A stretch of DNA of 64,000 bases from an uncultured delta proteobacterium (GTDB lineage: Bacteria; Myxococcota_A; UBA9160; SZUA-336): the NCBI GenBank assembly GCA_963704165.1, contig CAVPHD010000004.1, forward strand, positions 512,001 to 576,000, in the 5' to 3' direction. Both the position numbers and the translations under genes were made by a program. Shown here one piece after another: positions 18,078 through 28,368 of the stretch (position 1 is the first letter of the stretch; each line of letters starts with the position of its first letter). Under the pieces are notes generated by a model, which did not search any database, was not told the origin of the DNA, and saw only the letters and a program-made list of their open reading frames with translations.

Positions 18078-19472
18078 GTGGGACGACCTGGACGGCTCGG
18101 CGAGCTCAAGGCGTCGGGCTACCGATCGCGCAGCGTGCGCGAGGAACTGCGCGCGAACCTGATCGCGCGGATTCGCAAAGGACAGCCGCTCTTCCCGGAC
18201 ATGATCGGGTACGCGACCTCGGTCGTGCCCGCGATCGAGAGCGCGATCCTCGCCGGCCACGACATGATCTATCTCGGCGAGCGCGGGCAGGGCAAGAGCA
18301 AGATGATCCGCAAGCTCGTCGAGCTGCTCGACGACGTCGTACCGATCATCGCGGGCAGCGAGGTCAACGACGATCCGCTCGCGCCGATCAGCCGCTACGG
18401 ACGCGATCGGATCGAGAAGGAAGGCGACGCGACGCCGATCGAATGGATCGAGCGCGAAGCCCGCTACGGCGAGAAGCTCGCCACTCCCGACGTCTCGATC
18501 GCCGACCTGATCGGCGAGATCGACCCGATCCGCGTCGCCGAAGGCCGCTACCTCGCAGACGAATCCACGATCCACTACGGGCTGATTCCGCGCACCAATC
18601 GCGGGGTCTTCTGCATCAACGAGCTGCCCGATCTGGCGGAGAAGGTTCAGGTGGGGCTCTTCAACGTGATGGAGGAGCGCGACTTCCAGGTGAAGGGATT
18701 CAAGGTGCGGCTGCCGCTCGACGTGCTCGTGGTCGCGAGCGCGAATCCCGAGGACTACACGCGACGGGGTCGCATCATCACCCCGCTCAAGGACCGCTAT
18801 CAGGCGCAGATCCGCACGCACTACCCGCCCACGCGCGAGCTCGAGATCGAGGTGATGAAGCAGGAGCGGCGCAAGCCGCTCACCGAGGCCGTGCCGCTTT
18901 GGACACCCGGCTTCCTCGAGCAGATCGTCGCCGAGCTCACCATCCAGGCGCGCCAGAGCGTCGACATCAGCCAGGTTTCCGGCGTGTCGGTGCGCGCTTC
19001 GATCGCGAACTACGAGACGCTGCTCGCCGCCGCGGAACGCCGCGCGCTCAGGCTCGGCGAGGACGAGGCGGTTCCGCGCCTCACCGATCTGCCCGGGCTT
19101 CGCGCATCGATGGGCGGCAAGGTCGAGCTCGAGTACGCCGGCACCGACAAGACCGAGTCCGAGATCCTGGAAAACCTGGTGCGCCGCGCGGTGCTCGAGG
19201 TCTTCACCGAGATGTGTTCCTCGTTCGATCTCGATGCGGTCGTGCGCGCGTTCGACGACGGTTGGAAGGTCGAGGTCGGCGACGAGCTGCCGGCGAGCGA
19301 GTACGCCGAAGGTCTCGACAACATCGCGGGCCTGCGCAAGGCGGTCGAAGAGCTCGGCTGCGGACAGAGCCCGGCGCGGATCGCGGCCGCGGTCGAGTTC
19401 GTCCTCGAGGGCCTGCACCTCGCGAATCGGCTCAATCGCGAGATCTCGGGCGACCGCGTCGTCTACGGATAG
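18078..19472 (+). CDS. Chelatase-I/MoxR-like AAA+ ATPase
   Basis: GERGQGKS, INELPDL, SANPEDYT, PLKDR. Confidence 0.88.
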   Translation: MGRPGRLGELKASGYRSRSVREELRANLIARIRKGQPLFPDMIGYATSVVPAIESAILAGHDMIYLGERGQGKSKMIRKLVELLDDVVPIIAGSEVNDDPLAPISRYGRDRIEKEGDATPIEWIEREARYGEKLATPDVSIADLIGEIDPIRVAEGRYLADESTIHYGLIPRTNRGVFCINELPDLAEKVQVGLFNVMEERDFQVKGFKVRLPLDVLVVASANPEDYTRRGRIITPLKDRYQAQIRTHYPPTRELEIEVMKQERRKPLTEAVPLWTPGFLEQIVAELTIQARQSVDISQVSGVSVRASIANYETLLAAAERRALRLGEDEAVPRLTDLPGLRASMGGKVELEYAGTDKTESEILENLVRRAVLEVFTEMCSSFDLDAVVRAFDDGWKVEVGDELPASEYAEGLDNIAGLRKAVEELGCGQSPARIAAAVEFVLEGLHLANRLNREISGDRVVYG

Positions 19473-19474
19473 CG

Positions 19475-21091
19475 ATGCCGGTGCTGCGCTACAGCCGCTG
19501 GGACGGCACGCAGCGGCCGTTCTCGCTCGCCGCGGAGGCCGCGCTCGACGAGCTGGCGCGCCACCTGATGGAGGGCATGAGCGTCGACGAGGCGCTCTCC
19601 TGGATGCGCTATCAGGGCTTCGAGCTCGCCGGTCAGGACTTCCGCGTGATGGGCGTCGAAGAGCTGCTTCAGCAGCTCCGGCAGAGGGCGCGCGAGCTGA
19701 TGTCCGGCCGGAACATGGATCACGTCTTCGACGAGCGCTGGGCGCGACTGCAGGACGCGCTCGACCGCGAGCAGTCGGCGCTGCGCGGGCGACACGGAGA
19801 TGAGTCGCAGCGCCTGAACGAGTTCCGCGACCGGCGCGAGCCGCTGCCCAGGCGCCTGTCCGAGGCCCTGCGCCGCTTCGAGAGCCACGAGTGGGAGGAC
19901 GGAGACGCCGAGGCCGACTACCGCGAGCTGCTCGAGGAGCAGAACGAGATCCGCGCGCTCGAGGATTTCCAGGCGCGGAACCGTCAGCAGCTCCGCGGCG
20001 GGCAGAGCTTGAGCTTCGAGGAGGCGCTCGAGCTGATGCGGCAGGTCGAGCAGCTCGGTCAGATGGCCCGCAATCTCCTCGAGGGGAATTTCGAGTCGAT
20101 CTCGCTCGACGACCTGCGCGAGCTCGCGGGCGAAGAGGGCGTCGAGTCGCTCCTGATCCTGCGCGACCTGCGCGGACGTCTCGATCAGGCGGGCTACGTT
20201 CGCGACGGTTCGGGCGGGCTCGAGCTCACGCCGCGTGCGATCCGGCGCATCGGCGAGCTCGCGCTCGAGGACATCTACGGTGCGCTCAAGCGCGGCGCGC
20301 CCGGAGCACATGCGACCCTGCACCGCGGCGGTGGCGCGATCACGATCGAACGCAGCCGGCCGTACGTCTTCGGCGAGCCCGCGCACATCAACGCCGTGGC
20401 CACGGTGCGCAACGCGCTGCTTCGCGACCCCGCGCACGCGAGCGTGCCCGTCGCGATCGAACCTCAGGATCTCGAAGTCTGGGACACGGATCAACAGACC
20501 GACACGACGACGGTGCTCCTGCTCGACATGAGCTGGTCGATGTCGTGGTCGGGCCGCTGGCCGGCGGCCAAGCGCGTCGCGATCGCGATGGACCAACTGA
20601 TCCGGACACGGTACCCACGCGACCGATTCTTCACCGTCGGCTTCTACACGCGCGCCCGCGAGCTGCGGATTCCCGAGCTGCCCGAGCTGGTCTGGAACAT
20701 GGAGGACCCGTTCACGAACCTGCAGGACGGGCTTCGCGTCGCGCAGCGCCTGATCGATCGACATCCGTCGGCGAACAAGCAGATCATCGTGATCACCGAC
20801 GGCCAGCCGACCGCCTACTTCGTCGGCGAGGAGCTGCGCGTCGAATGGCCGAGTGGCGTGGGCGGTACGAGTCCGCGCGCGAACAAGGAGACGCTCGGCG
20901 AAGTCTCGCGCGTCACGCGCAAGGGCATCACGATCAACACGTTCATGCTCGACGACGCGCCGGAGCTGATGCACTTCGTCGAGGCGATGACCCGGATCAA
21001 CAAGGGTCGTGCCTTCTACACCACGCCGGGTCAGATCGGCGAGTACGTGATGGTCGACTACCTGTCGCGGAAACGCCGGAAGATCCGCTGA
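19475..21091 (+). CDS. VWA domain-containing protein, partner of the upstream AAA+ ATPase
   Basis: RYSRWDGTQ N-terminus; MIDAS DMSWS, TNL, ITDG. Confidence 0.9.
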   Translation: MPVLRYSRWDGTQRPFSLAAEAALDELARHLMEGMSVDEALSWMRYQGFELAGQDFRVMGVEELLQQLRQRARELMSGRNMDHVFDERWARLQDALDREQSALRGRHGDESQRLNEFRDRREPLPRRLSEALRRFESHEWEDGDAEADYRELLEEQNEIRALEDFQARNRQQLRGGQSLSFEEALELMRQVEQLGQMARNLLEGNFESISLDDLRELAGEEGVESLLILRDLRGRLDQAGYVRDGSGGLELTPRAIRRIGELALEDIYGALKRGAPGAHATLHRGGGAITIERSRPYVFGEPAHINAVATVRNALLRDPAHASVPVAIEPQDLEVWDTDQQTDTTTVLLLDMSWSMSWSGRWPAAKRVAIAMDQLIRTRYPRDRFFTVGFYTRARELRIPELPELVWNMEDPFTNLQDGLRVAQRLIDRHPSANKQIIVITDGQPTAYFVGEELRVEWPSGVGGTSPRANKETLGEVSRVTRKGITINTFMLDDAPELMHFVEAMTRINKGRAFYTTPGQIGEYVMVDYLSRKRRKIR

Positions 21092-22791
21092 TGCCCGCGA
21101 GAACGAGGGGCGGCGCGAACGCGGCGGCCCAGGCACTGCGTGCGGCGCGCAACGTCGGGAGCTGGGCGCGCGACGCGGCGACGCTGCCGACCGCCCTTCG
21201 CGTCCCGCGCGACTGGCTCGCGATCGGTCTCGAGCGCGGCATCGCCGAAGCTCCCTCGACCTTGCCGCGCTTCCTGCAGCAAGGGCGTGCGCGGGTGCCG
21301 TTGCTCGTGCTCGACGAAGCGCTCACCCGCGCCGCCCGCGACGAGCGGGTCCGCGGGGTGATCGTCAAGCTCGGGCAGGCGCCGCTCGGGTTCGCGCGCG
21401 CGGCCGAGCTCGCGCGCGCGTTCGCGCGGCTGCGCGGCGCGGGGAAACGCGTCGTCGTCTGGGCGGCATCGACCGGAAACGCCGGCGCCTGGCTCGGTGG
21501 ACTCGCCGATCGCTTCTGGCTCGCACCCGAAGGCCGTCTCGACCTCGTCGGGCTTCGCGTCGAGAGCGTCTTCCTGCGCCGGGCGTTGGACCGTCTGCGC
21601 GTCCGGCCCGACGTGTTCGCAACCGGAGAGTACAAGTCCGCCGGCGAGATGTTGGAGCGCGACTCACTCTCCGATCCCGCGCGCGAAGCGCTCGAGGCCA
21701 CGGTCGACGATCTGTACGAGGCGCTCATTGCGGGACTCGCCTCCGGCCGCGCCGGCAGCGACGAGCGTGCGCGTGCGTGGGTCGACGCGGGTCCCTATAC
21801 GGCGAACGAGGCGAGGGCGTCCGGCATCGTCGATGACCTGCTCTACGCGGACGAGCTGCCGGCCAGGCTCGCAGCTCTCGAGGACGGGAGTGAAGCCAAG
21901 AGCGAGCCGGTGGGGGATGCGTCGGAGCCGCGTGAGGCGCGGCTGATCTCACTGGGTGCGTACCTGCGCGTCGCGCGAAAGCGCTTCGTCTGGCAGCCGG
22001 TCCGGTCCGGTGGCACGGAGATCGCCGTGGTTCCGCTGCTCGGCGCGATCCGACCGGGCGCAGGCGAGCCCTCCGGATGGGTCGGCGTGTTGCGCTCGCT
22101 GCGTGAGCGCGAGCAGGTTCGAGCGGTGGTGCTGCGCATCGACAGCCCCGGTGGCGATCCGCTCGCCTCCGATCTGCTCTGGCGCGCCGTTCGCTTGCTC
22201 GCGGAGCGGAAGCCCGTGATCGCGAGCCTCGCCGACACGGCGGCGTCGGGCGGGTACTACGTCGCGATGGCGGCGCACGAGATCGTCGCCGATCCGTGCA
22301 GCCTCACCGGCTCGATCGGGGTCGTGCTCGCAGGCCTCGAGATCGACGGCCTGCTGGACTGGATGGGCATCTCGCTCGACGGTGTGCAGCGGGGCAAGCA
22401 CGCGGGCATCCACGACCTCTCGCGCCCGCGCACGCCCGAAGAACGCGCGCTCCTCCACCGCCAGGTCGAAGGCATCTACGCGCGCTTCGTCGGCAAGGTC
22501 GCCGAGTGCCGCGGGAAATCCGAGGTCGAGATCGAAGCCGTCGCCCGGGGCCGAGTCTGGACCGGGCGCCGAGCGCACGATCGCGGGCTGGTCGATTCGC
22601 TCGGCGGGCTCGACGCCGCACTCGTCCGCGCGCGCTCCCGCGCCGGGCTCGAAGGCGACGCGGGGGACGTCTACTACTACACGCCGAACGTCCGACCCTG
22701 GGAACGGTTTCTCACGCGTCGTCCATTCGAGGCGCGCGCACGCGCATTCGCCCCGGAGCTCTGGTGTCCGATCCGCATCCCGTTGCGCTAG
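21091..22791 (+). CDS. sppA: Signal peptide peptidase SppA (S49, two-domain type)
   Basis: EYKSAGE, RIDSPGG, AASGGYY, TGSIGV, GRVWTG. Confidence 0.9.
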   Translation: MPARTRGGANAAAQALRAARNVGSWARDAATLPTALRVPRDWLAIGLERGIAEAPSTLPRFLQQGRARVPLLVLDEALTRAARDERVRGVIVKLGQAPLGFARAAELARAFARLRGAGKRVVVWAASTGNAGAWLGGLADRFWLAPEGRLDLVGLRVESVFLRRALDRLRVRPDVFATGEYKSAGEMLERDSLSDPAREALEATVDDLYEALIAGLASGRAGSDERARAWVDAGPYTANEARASGIVDDLLYADELPARLAALEDGSEAKSEPVGDASEPREARLISLGAYLRVARKRFVWQPVRSGGTEIAVVPLLGAIRPGAGEPSGWVGVLRSLREREQVRAVVLRIDSPGGDPLASDLLWRAVRLLAERKPVIASLADTAASGGYYVAMAAHEIVADPCSLTGSIGVVLAGLEIDGLLDWMGISLDGVQRGKHAGIHDLSRPRTPEERALLHRQVEGIYARFVGKVAECRGKSEVEIEAVARGRVWTGRRAHDRGLVDSLGGLDAALVRARSRAGLEGDAGDVYYYTPNVRPWERFLTRRPFEARARAFAPELWCPIRIPLR

Positions 22792-23381
22792 CGCCGGTCG
22801 TCTCCGCCGAGACGCTGCGCGAGCGGGGCCTGCGCGCGTGTCTCGGCGCGGAGCGGGTCGTGCTCGAGCTCGGATTCGGCCGCGCGGAGCTCTTGCTCGA
22901 CCTCGCCGAGTCGAATCCGAAGCGCGTGTATCTCGGCGTCGAGGTGTCGCGCAAGCGTGTCGAGAAGGCGGGAAAGCGCGCGCAGCGGCGCGAGATCGCG
23001 AACGTCTTCATGATCCACGCGCCGGCCGAGTACGTGCTCGAGCGCGTGCTGCCCGCGGACTCGGTCGAGGAGTGCTGGGTGAACTGCCCGGATCCCTGGC
23101 CGAAGAAGCGCCACTGGCGGCGGCGGCTCGTGCAGGCGCCGCTCATCGAATCGCTCGCACGCATCCTCCGTGCCGACGCGCTCCTGCACGTCGCGACCGA
23201 CCACGAGGGCTATCGCGACTGGATCGCAGAGGTCTTCGCCAACCAGACCGCGTTCGTGAACCTGCACGCACCCGTGCCTTTCGTTTCGATGCAACCGGAT
23301 CGCCGCGAGACCGCCTACGAAGCCGAGTGGCGCGCGGAAGGTCGCACGATCGCGTACTTCGACTATCGTAGATCCAAGTGA
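22764..23381 (+). CDS. trmB: tRNA (guanine-N7)-methyltransferase
   Basis: LELGFGRA, GVEV, PDPWPKKRH, ATD, TAYE; start estimated. Confidence 0.9.
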   Translation: MSDPHPVALAPVVSAETLRERGLRACLGAERVVLELGFGRAELLLDLAESNPKRVYLGVEVSRKRVEKAGKRAQRREIANVFMIHAPAEYVLERVLPADSVEECWVNCPDPWPKKRHWRRRLVQAPLIESLARILRADALLHVATDHEGYRDWIAEVFANQTAFVNLHAPVPFVSMQPDRRETAYEAEWRAEGRTIAYFDYRRSK

Positions 23382-24442
23382 ACTCCCTGCTCGCCCGCAC
23401 CCCCGACGAGCTGCGCGCAGCGTTCGCCGCCGAAGGCGTGCCCGGCTTCCGGGCCGCTCAGGTTTCGAACTGGCTGTACGCGCGACACGTCCGCGACTTC
23501 GAGGCGATGGCCAACCTGCCGCGCGCGCTTCGCGCGTCGCTCGCCGCGACGTGGGATCCGCGGGCGCTCGAGCGACTGGCTTTGCACACGGCGTCGGACG
23601 GCACGCGCAAGCTCGTGCTCGGCACGCGCGACGGCGCGCGTATCGAAGCCGTGCTGATCCCCGAGGGCCGCCGACAGACGCTCTGCGTCTCGTCACAGAT
23701 CGGCTGCAGCCTCGACTGCTCCTTCTGTGCGACCGGCCGCATGGGATTCGGACGGAATCTGCGCGCCGAGGAGATCGTCGATCAGGCGCTCCACGCCAGC
23801 GAAATCCTCGCGGCGGACGGGCACGCGCTGACCCACGTCGTCTTCATGGGCATGGGCGAGCCGCTTCTGAATCTCGCCGCCGTCGTGCAGGCGATCCGCG
23901 TGCTCACGCACGGCGAAGCGTTCGCGCTCTCACCCAAACGCATTACGGTGTCGACCGCGGGTGTCGTGTCGAAGCTGGCCGAGCTCGGCCGGGCTTCGCC
24001 CGTGCGCCTGGCCGTCTCGCTCCACGCCACCACGGACGCGCTTCGCGACGAGCTCGTGCCGCTGAACCGCCGCTTTCCGCTCGCGGCCCTGCTCGAGGCC
24101 TGCGCGGCGTACCCCGTGGCGAAGCGCGACCGCCTCTCGTTCGAGTACGCGCTGCTCGCGGGCGTGAACGACAGCGATGCGGACGCGCGGAGGCTCGCGC
24201 GGATCGCGCTCGACATCCGCGCCAAGCTGAATCTGATCCCGATGAACGAGCACCCCTCGAGTCCGTACCGCCGGCCGACGGAGGCGCGCATCGACGCCTT
24301 TCTCGCCGTCTTGACCGAAGCCGGCGTCCAGGTAACGGTTCGGCGCTCGCGCGGGGACGACATCCTCGCCGCGTGCGGCCAGCTCGGCGCGCTCTCCGAG
24401 TCGCAGGACCGCGCGACAAGCCGAGATGCGGTCGGCCGATAA
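23378..24442 (+). CDS. rlmN: 23S rRNA (adenine-C2)-methyltransferase RlmN
   Basis: CSLDCSFC radical-SAM motif, MGMGEP, AACGQL. Confidence 0.95.
   Translation: MNSLLARTPDELRAAFAAEGVPGFRAAQVSNWLYARHVRDFEAMANLPRALRASLAATWDPRALERLALHTASDGTRKLVLGTRDGARIEAVLIPEGRRQTLCVSSQIGCSLDCSFCATGRMGFGRNLRAEEIVDQALHASEILAADGHALTHVVFMGMGEPLLNLAAVVQAIRVLTHGEAFALSPKRITVSTAGVVSKLAELGRASPVRLAVSLHATTDALRDELVPLNRRFPLAALLEACAAYPVAKRDRLSFEYALLAGVNDSDADARRLARIALDIRAKLNLIPMNEHPSSPYRRPTEARIDAFLAVLTEAGVQVTVRRSRGDDILAACGQLGALSESQDRATSRDAVGR
24416..24442 (+). promoter_or_regulatory. Putative sigma28-type promoter of the metallophosphoesterase gene
   Basis: ACAAG-N14-GCCGATAA (perfect -10), 9 nt before ATG 24452, overlapping the rlmN stop. 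Confidence 0.5.
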
Positions 24443-24451
24443 GACCGTCGA

Positions 24452-25120
24452 ATGCTCTACGCCATCGGCGATATTCACGGCATGCGCGACGAGCTCGCCA
24501 AGCTGATCGAGCTCCTGCCGCTCGAGCCGGGCGACCGGCTGATCTTCATCGGCGATTACGTCGATCGCGGGCCGGACCCGAAGGGCGTCGTCGACTATCT
24601 GATCGAACTCGCACGGCAACGCGAGTGCATCTTCCTGATGGGCAACCACGAGTCGATGTTCCTGTCGTTCATCGGCTGGCAGGGGCCGAACTACTTCGGG
24701 AAAGAGGCCTTCCTGCACAACGGGGGAGAGACGACGCTGGCGAGCTACGGCTACTTCGAGTTCGACGGCAGCTTCGAGCTTCCTCCCGACCATGAACGCT
24801 TCTACCGCGACCTGCGGATCTGGCACCTCGAGGGCGAGTACGCGTTCGTCCACGCGGGACTCTCGAAGTCGGCGCTCGGGCTCTCCGACCCGAAGTACGC
24901 GCTCTCGCGAGAGCGGGTCAAGGATCTGCTCTGGCAGCGCGAGACGGCGGACCTTCCGCACAGCCTCGGCGTGACGACCGTCTACGGCCACACGCCGCTT
25001 CCCGACTTTGGGGTAAGATGGAACGTGCCGTACTCGATCGGGATCGACACGGGCGCGGTCTACGGCGGACCGCTCTCCGCGATCCGGCTGCCCGACGAGA
25101 CGATCTTCCAGACCTCCTGA
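24452..25120 (+). CDS. Metallophosphoesterase (PPP-type Ser/Thr protein phosphatase family)
   Basis: GDIHG, GDYVDRG, GNHE, HAG, GHTP, IDTG. Confidence 0.92.
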   Translation: MLYAIGDIHGMRDELAKLIELLPLEPGDRLIFIGDYVDRGPDPKGVVDYLIELARQRECIFLMGNHESMFLSFIGWQGPNYFGKEAFLHNGGETTLASYGYFEFDGSFELPPDHERFYRDLRIWHLEGEYAFVHAGLSKSALGLSDPKYALSRERVKDLLWQRETADLPHSLGVTTVYGHTPLPDFGVRWNVPYSIGIDTGAVYGGPLSAIRLPDETIFQTS

Positions 25121-26262
25121 TGCACTTCACCCCCGAACACGAACAGATCCGCGACACCGTCCGGCGCCTCGCCGAGGAAGAGCTCGCTCCGATCGCGGCT
25201 CGCGTCGATGCGGACGACTGGTTCCCGCGCGACTTCTTCGCGCGCCTCGGGGAGATCGGCGCGCTCGGCGTGCTCGTGCCCGAGGAGTTCGGCGGCAGCA
25301 ACGGCGACTACATCGGCGCGACGCTGATCATGGAGGAGCTCGCGCGTCACAGCGGTTCGGTCGCGCTCTCCTACGGCGCCCACGCGGTCCTGTGCGTCGG
25401 CGCGATCGCCCGCGACGCGACCGACGATCAGAAGCAGCGTGTCCTGCCGAGGCTCTGCACGGGCGAGGCGATCGGCGCCTGGGCGCTCACCGAGCCGGGC
25501 TCCGGCTCCGACGCGCTCGGGATGCGAACGCGCGCCATCCGCGAGGGCGACGTCTACGTCCTGGACGGGAGCAAGACCTTCATCACCAACGGCTCCGAGG
25601 CCGAGACGCTCGTCGTCTACGCGCTCACCGATCCGACCCTCGGGGCGCACGGAGTCTCGACGTTTCTGGTCGATGGAAAGACGCCCGGATTCTCGTGCAG
25701 CCGGAAGCTCGACAAGATGGGCATGCGCGGCAGCCCGACCGCGGAGCTCCGGCTCGACGGCGTGCGCGTTCCCGTCGCCGATCGGCTCGGAGACGAGAAC
25801 CGCGGCGTCGCGATGATGATGCGCGGCCTCGACGTCGAGCGCGCGACGCTCTCGGGGATCTCGGTCGGGCTCGCGCAGGCCGCCCTCGACCACGCGCTTC
25901 GCTACGCGCGCGAGCGCGAGCAGTTCGGGCGGCCGATCGCCGACTTCCAGATGATCCAGAAGATCCTCGCCGACATGTACGTCGAGCTCACCGCCGCGCG
26001 GCTGCTCGTCTACGAAGCTGCGGAGCTGTGCATCCGCCAGAGCGGTGGAGTCTCGAAGCTGGCCTCGGCCGCGAAGCTGTTTTCATCGGAGATCGCCACG
26101 CGCGCGGGTCTCGCCGCGGTTCAGGTCTTCGGCGGCTACGGCTACACGCGCGACTATCCCGTGGAGAGAATCGCGCGCGATGCGAAGCTGATGGAGATCG
26201 GTGCGGGCACGTCCGAGATCCAGCGCACGATCATCGCGCGCGAGCTGATCAAGGGGCGCTAG
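25120..26262 (+). CDS. Acyl-CoA dehydrogenase (isovaleryl-CoA dehydrogenase-like)
   Basis: [38 protein letters not shown]. Confidence 0.92.
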   Translation: MHFTPEHEQIRDTVRRLAEEELAPIAARVDADDWFPRDFFARLGEIGALGVLVPEEFGGSNGDYIGATLIMEELARHSGSVALSYGAHAVLCVGAIARDATDDQKQRVLPRLCTGEAIGAWALTEPGSGSDALGMRTRAIREGDVYVLDGSKTFITNGSEAETLVVYALTDPTLGAHGVSTFLVDGKTPGFSCSRKLDKMGMRGSPTAELRLDGVRVPVADRLGDENRGVAMMMRGLDVERATLSGISVGLAQAALDHALRYAREREQFGRPIADFQMIQKILADMYVELTAARLLVYEAAELCIRQSGGVSKLASAAKLFSSEIATRAGLAAVQVFGGYGYTRDYPVERIARDAKLMEIGAGTSEIQRTIIARELIKGR

Positions 26263-26274
26263 GGCGCGCTTCGA

Positions 26275-28218
26275 TCAGCTCGCCTTCTCGACGATCGGGA
26301 TCACGAGCACCACCCCCGGCACGAGCTTCGCGAGATCGACGTCGGGGTTGTAGCGTCGGATCAGCCACGTCGGCACGGCGTACTTCTTGTGCGACAGCAG
26401 CCAGAGCGTTTCCCCCGGTCGCAGCTTGTGCTCGACCGTGGTCGCGACGCGGAAGCTGCCGAAGAAGTCCTCCTCGATTCCCTTGTGGAACTCGAGGCGG
26501 CGCTGAAGGAAGACCTCGGCGGTGACTTTCGCGAAGTCGAGCTTCAGGCTCTGGCCGACCCGGATGGCGCGCCCCCTCTTCAGCTTGTTCAACGCGATCA
26601 GACGCTGTGGGGTGACCTGCAGCCAGTCCGCGAAGTGGCCGAGCGTCTCGCCGGCATCGACGATCACCCGGTCGCCATCGACGCGGAGGAAGTCCGAGCT
26701 GTCGGGCGCCAGCGGTGGAACGGGTGCAGGAGGACTCACGGCGGCGACGAGGGGGGCAGGCGGCGCCTCGGCCGAAGCGCGCGCCGTCGGCTCTGCGGAC
26801 GTCTTGGGCGCAGGCTTCGGCAGCGTCGAGGCCTGCGCCGTCCGCACGACCTCGAAGGCGGGCTTGGATGCGGGAGCCGCGCCCGCGCGATCGGGAAGCT
26901 GGAGCACCTGGCCGGGGTAGATCGTCTTTCGCGCGCCGATGTCGTTCTCGGCCACGAGTGCGGCGACGCTGGTGCGGTGGCGCTGGGCGATCCGGCCGAG
27001 TGAATCGCCACGCCGAACGGTGTAGTAGCGGTTCTCGTGCTGGGTCGCGTGCCGGCTCGCCTTCGGCACGGCGGCGAGCCAGGTCGAAGCGTCCCCGACG
27101 ACGGTGCCCGCGGGGAGCCGAAGCGTGTAGCCTTTCGGGATCCGTTTGTCGGAGCGGAGCACCGGCGGACGCAGGGCCGGGTTCAGCGCCGCGATCGTCT
27201 CGCGCGACACCCCGAGGCCCGCCTCGAGATCGGCGACGTCCGCGTAGAAGGGCAGCACGACGGAATCGACCACGCGCGGTTCGTCGCGAACGAGCGGGCC
27301 GAAGTACGACTCGTAGCTGGGCAGGATCTTTCGCGCGGCGAGGAACTGCGCGTAGAAGTTCCTCGACGCGAATCCGAAGGTGGGGCCGTCGTAGCGCGCG
27401 ACGATCACGTCGATCTTGCTCGTGCCGAGCTTCTTGACCGCGCGGTTCATGCCGGCCGCACCGTGGTTGTAGGCGGTGAGCGCGAGCGGCCAGTTTCCGA
27501 GCACGGAGTAGTTCTCGCGCAGGAGTCGCGCCGCGGCATCGGTCGCGGTCACCGGGTCGAGGCGCTCGTCGACCACGTAATCGACCTTCATGAAGCGTTT
27601 GCCGGTGCTGCGCATGAACTGCCAGACACCCGCGGCGCCGTACTTCGAATACGCGTGCACGTTGAACGACGACTCGACGTGGGGCAGGTACGCCAGATCC
27701 TCGGGCATGCCGCGGTCCCGGAAGTGGGCGCGCATCTCGGCCTCGTATCCGCCGGAGACGATCACGCCCTCGCGGAACTTGTCGCGCTGCCCGAGCTGGA
27801 AGCGCAGGCGCTCTCGCGCCTCGCGGAAGTCGCCGCGTCTGGGCGCGCGGCCGAGCGCTGCCTCGAAGGCGAGCAAGACCTCGCGCTCGCGGTCGTCGCG
27901 CGCCTCGGAGCCGGCGGAAAAGCGATCGAGCGCGGCGCGCCAGCGATCCTTCGAGTTCTCGACGATCGCCTCGCGTCTTCGCGCGTTCCGTTCGCCCTCG
28001 AAGCGCAGCACGTCGTAGACCACGCCGAGATTTCGCGCATCGTGCAGGAAGCCGCCGTCGGTGCTCGATTCCAGATACACCCGCATCCAGAAGGCGACGG
28101 CCGGCCGCAGGCTCTCCGGCTCCGGGAACGGATCGCTCGGAGCCGCCGCTTGCGCGCGCAGACCCGCGCATACGCAAATCAGCGCAACGATGCCGAACAC
28201 GCGCGGGAATCCACTCAC
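26275..28218 (-). CDS. MltD-like lytic transglycosylase with LysM domains
   Basis: Signal peptide from GTG 28218; VESSF, GVWQFM, AYNHG; LysM repeats (YTVRRGDSL, GETL). Confidence 0.9.
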   Translation of the reverse strand: MSGFPRVFGIVALICVCAGLRAQAAAPSDPFPEPESLRPAVAFWMRVYLESSTDGGFLHDARNLGVVYDVLRFEGERNARRREAIVENSKDRWRAALDRFSAGSEARDDREREVLLAFEAALGRAPRRGDFREARERLRFQLGQRDKFREGVIVSGGYEAEMRAHFRDRGMPEDLAYLPHVESSFNVHAYSKYGAAGVWQFMRSTGKRFMKVDYVVDERLDPVTATDAAARLLRENYSVLGNWPLALTAYNHGAAGMNRAVKKLGTSKIDVIVARYDGPTFGFASRNFYAQFLAARKILPSYESYFGPLVRDEPRVVDSVVLPFYADVADLEAGLGVSRETIAALNPALRPPVLRSDKRIPKGYTLRLPAGTVVGDASTWLAAVPKASRHATQHENRYYTVRRGDSLGRIAQRHRTSVAALVAENDIGARKTIYPGQVLQLPDRAGAAPASKPAFEVVRTAQASTLPKPAPKTSAEPTARASAEAPPAPLVAAVSPPAPVPPLAPDSSDFLRVDGDRVIVDAGETLGHFADWLQVTPQRLIALNKLKRGRAIRVGQSLKLDFAKVTAEVFLQRRLEFHKGIEEDFFGSFRVATTVEHKLRPGETLWLLSHKKYAVPTWLIRRYNPDVDLAKLVPGVVLVIPIVEKAS

Positions 28219-28244
28219 GAATCCTACCCCCGACCGACAAGCCC

Positions 28245-28272
28245 TCTTCGTCGCCACGACGAGCACGCTTGA
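28245..28272 (-). promoter_or_regulatory. Putative sigma28-type promoter of the MltD-like gene
   Basis: TCAAG-N15-GACGAAGA, 26 nt before GTG 28218. Confidence 0.45.
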
Positions 28273-28368
28273 GATCTCGCAAGGTAACAGACGCGCCAGA
28301 CGCGGCCGCCCCGGTGGTATGCTCGCCGGTCTCCAGGTGAGTGGTGTGGAGTCGGAGGAGCGTGGCGC

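Noticed and set aside
18078..21091. Magnesium chelatase or photosynthesis genes
   Set aside because: No chelatase H subunit or bch genes; fits the generic AAA+/VWA pair
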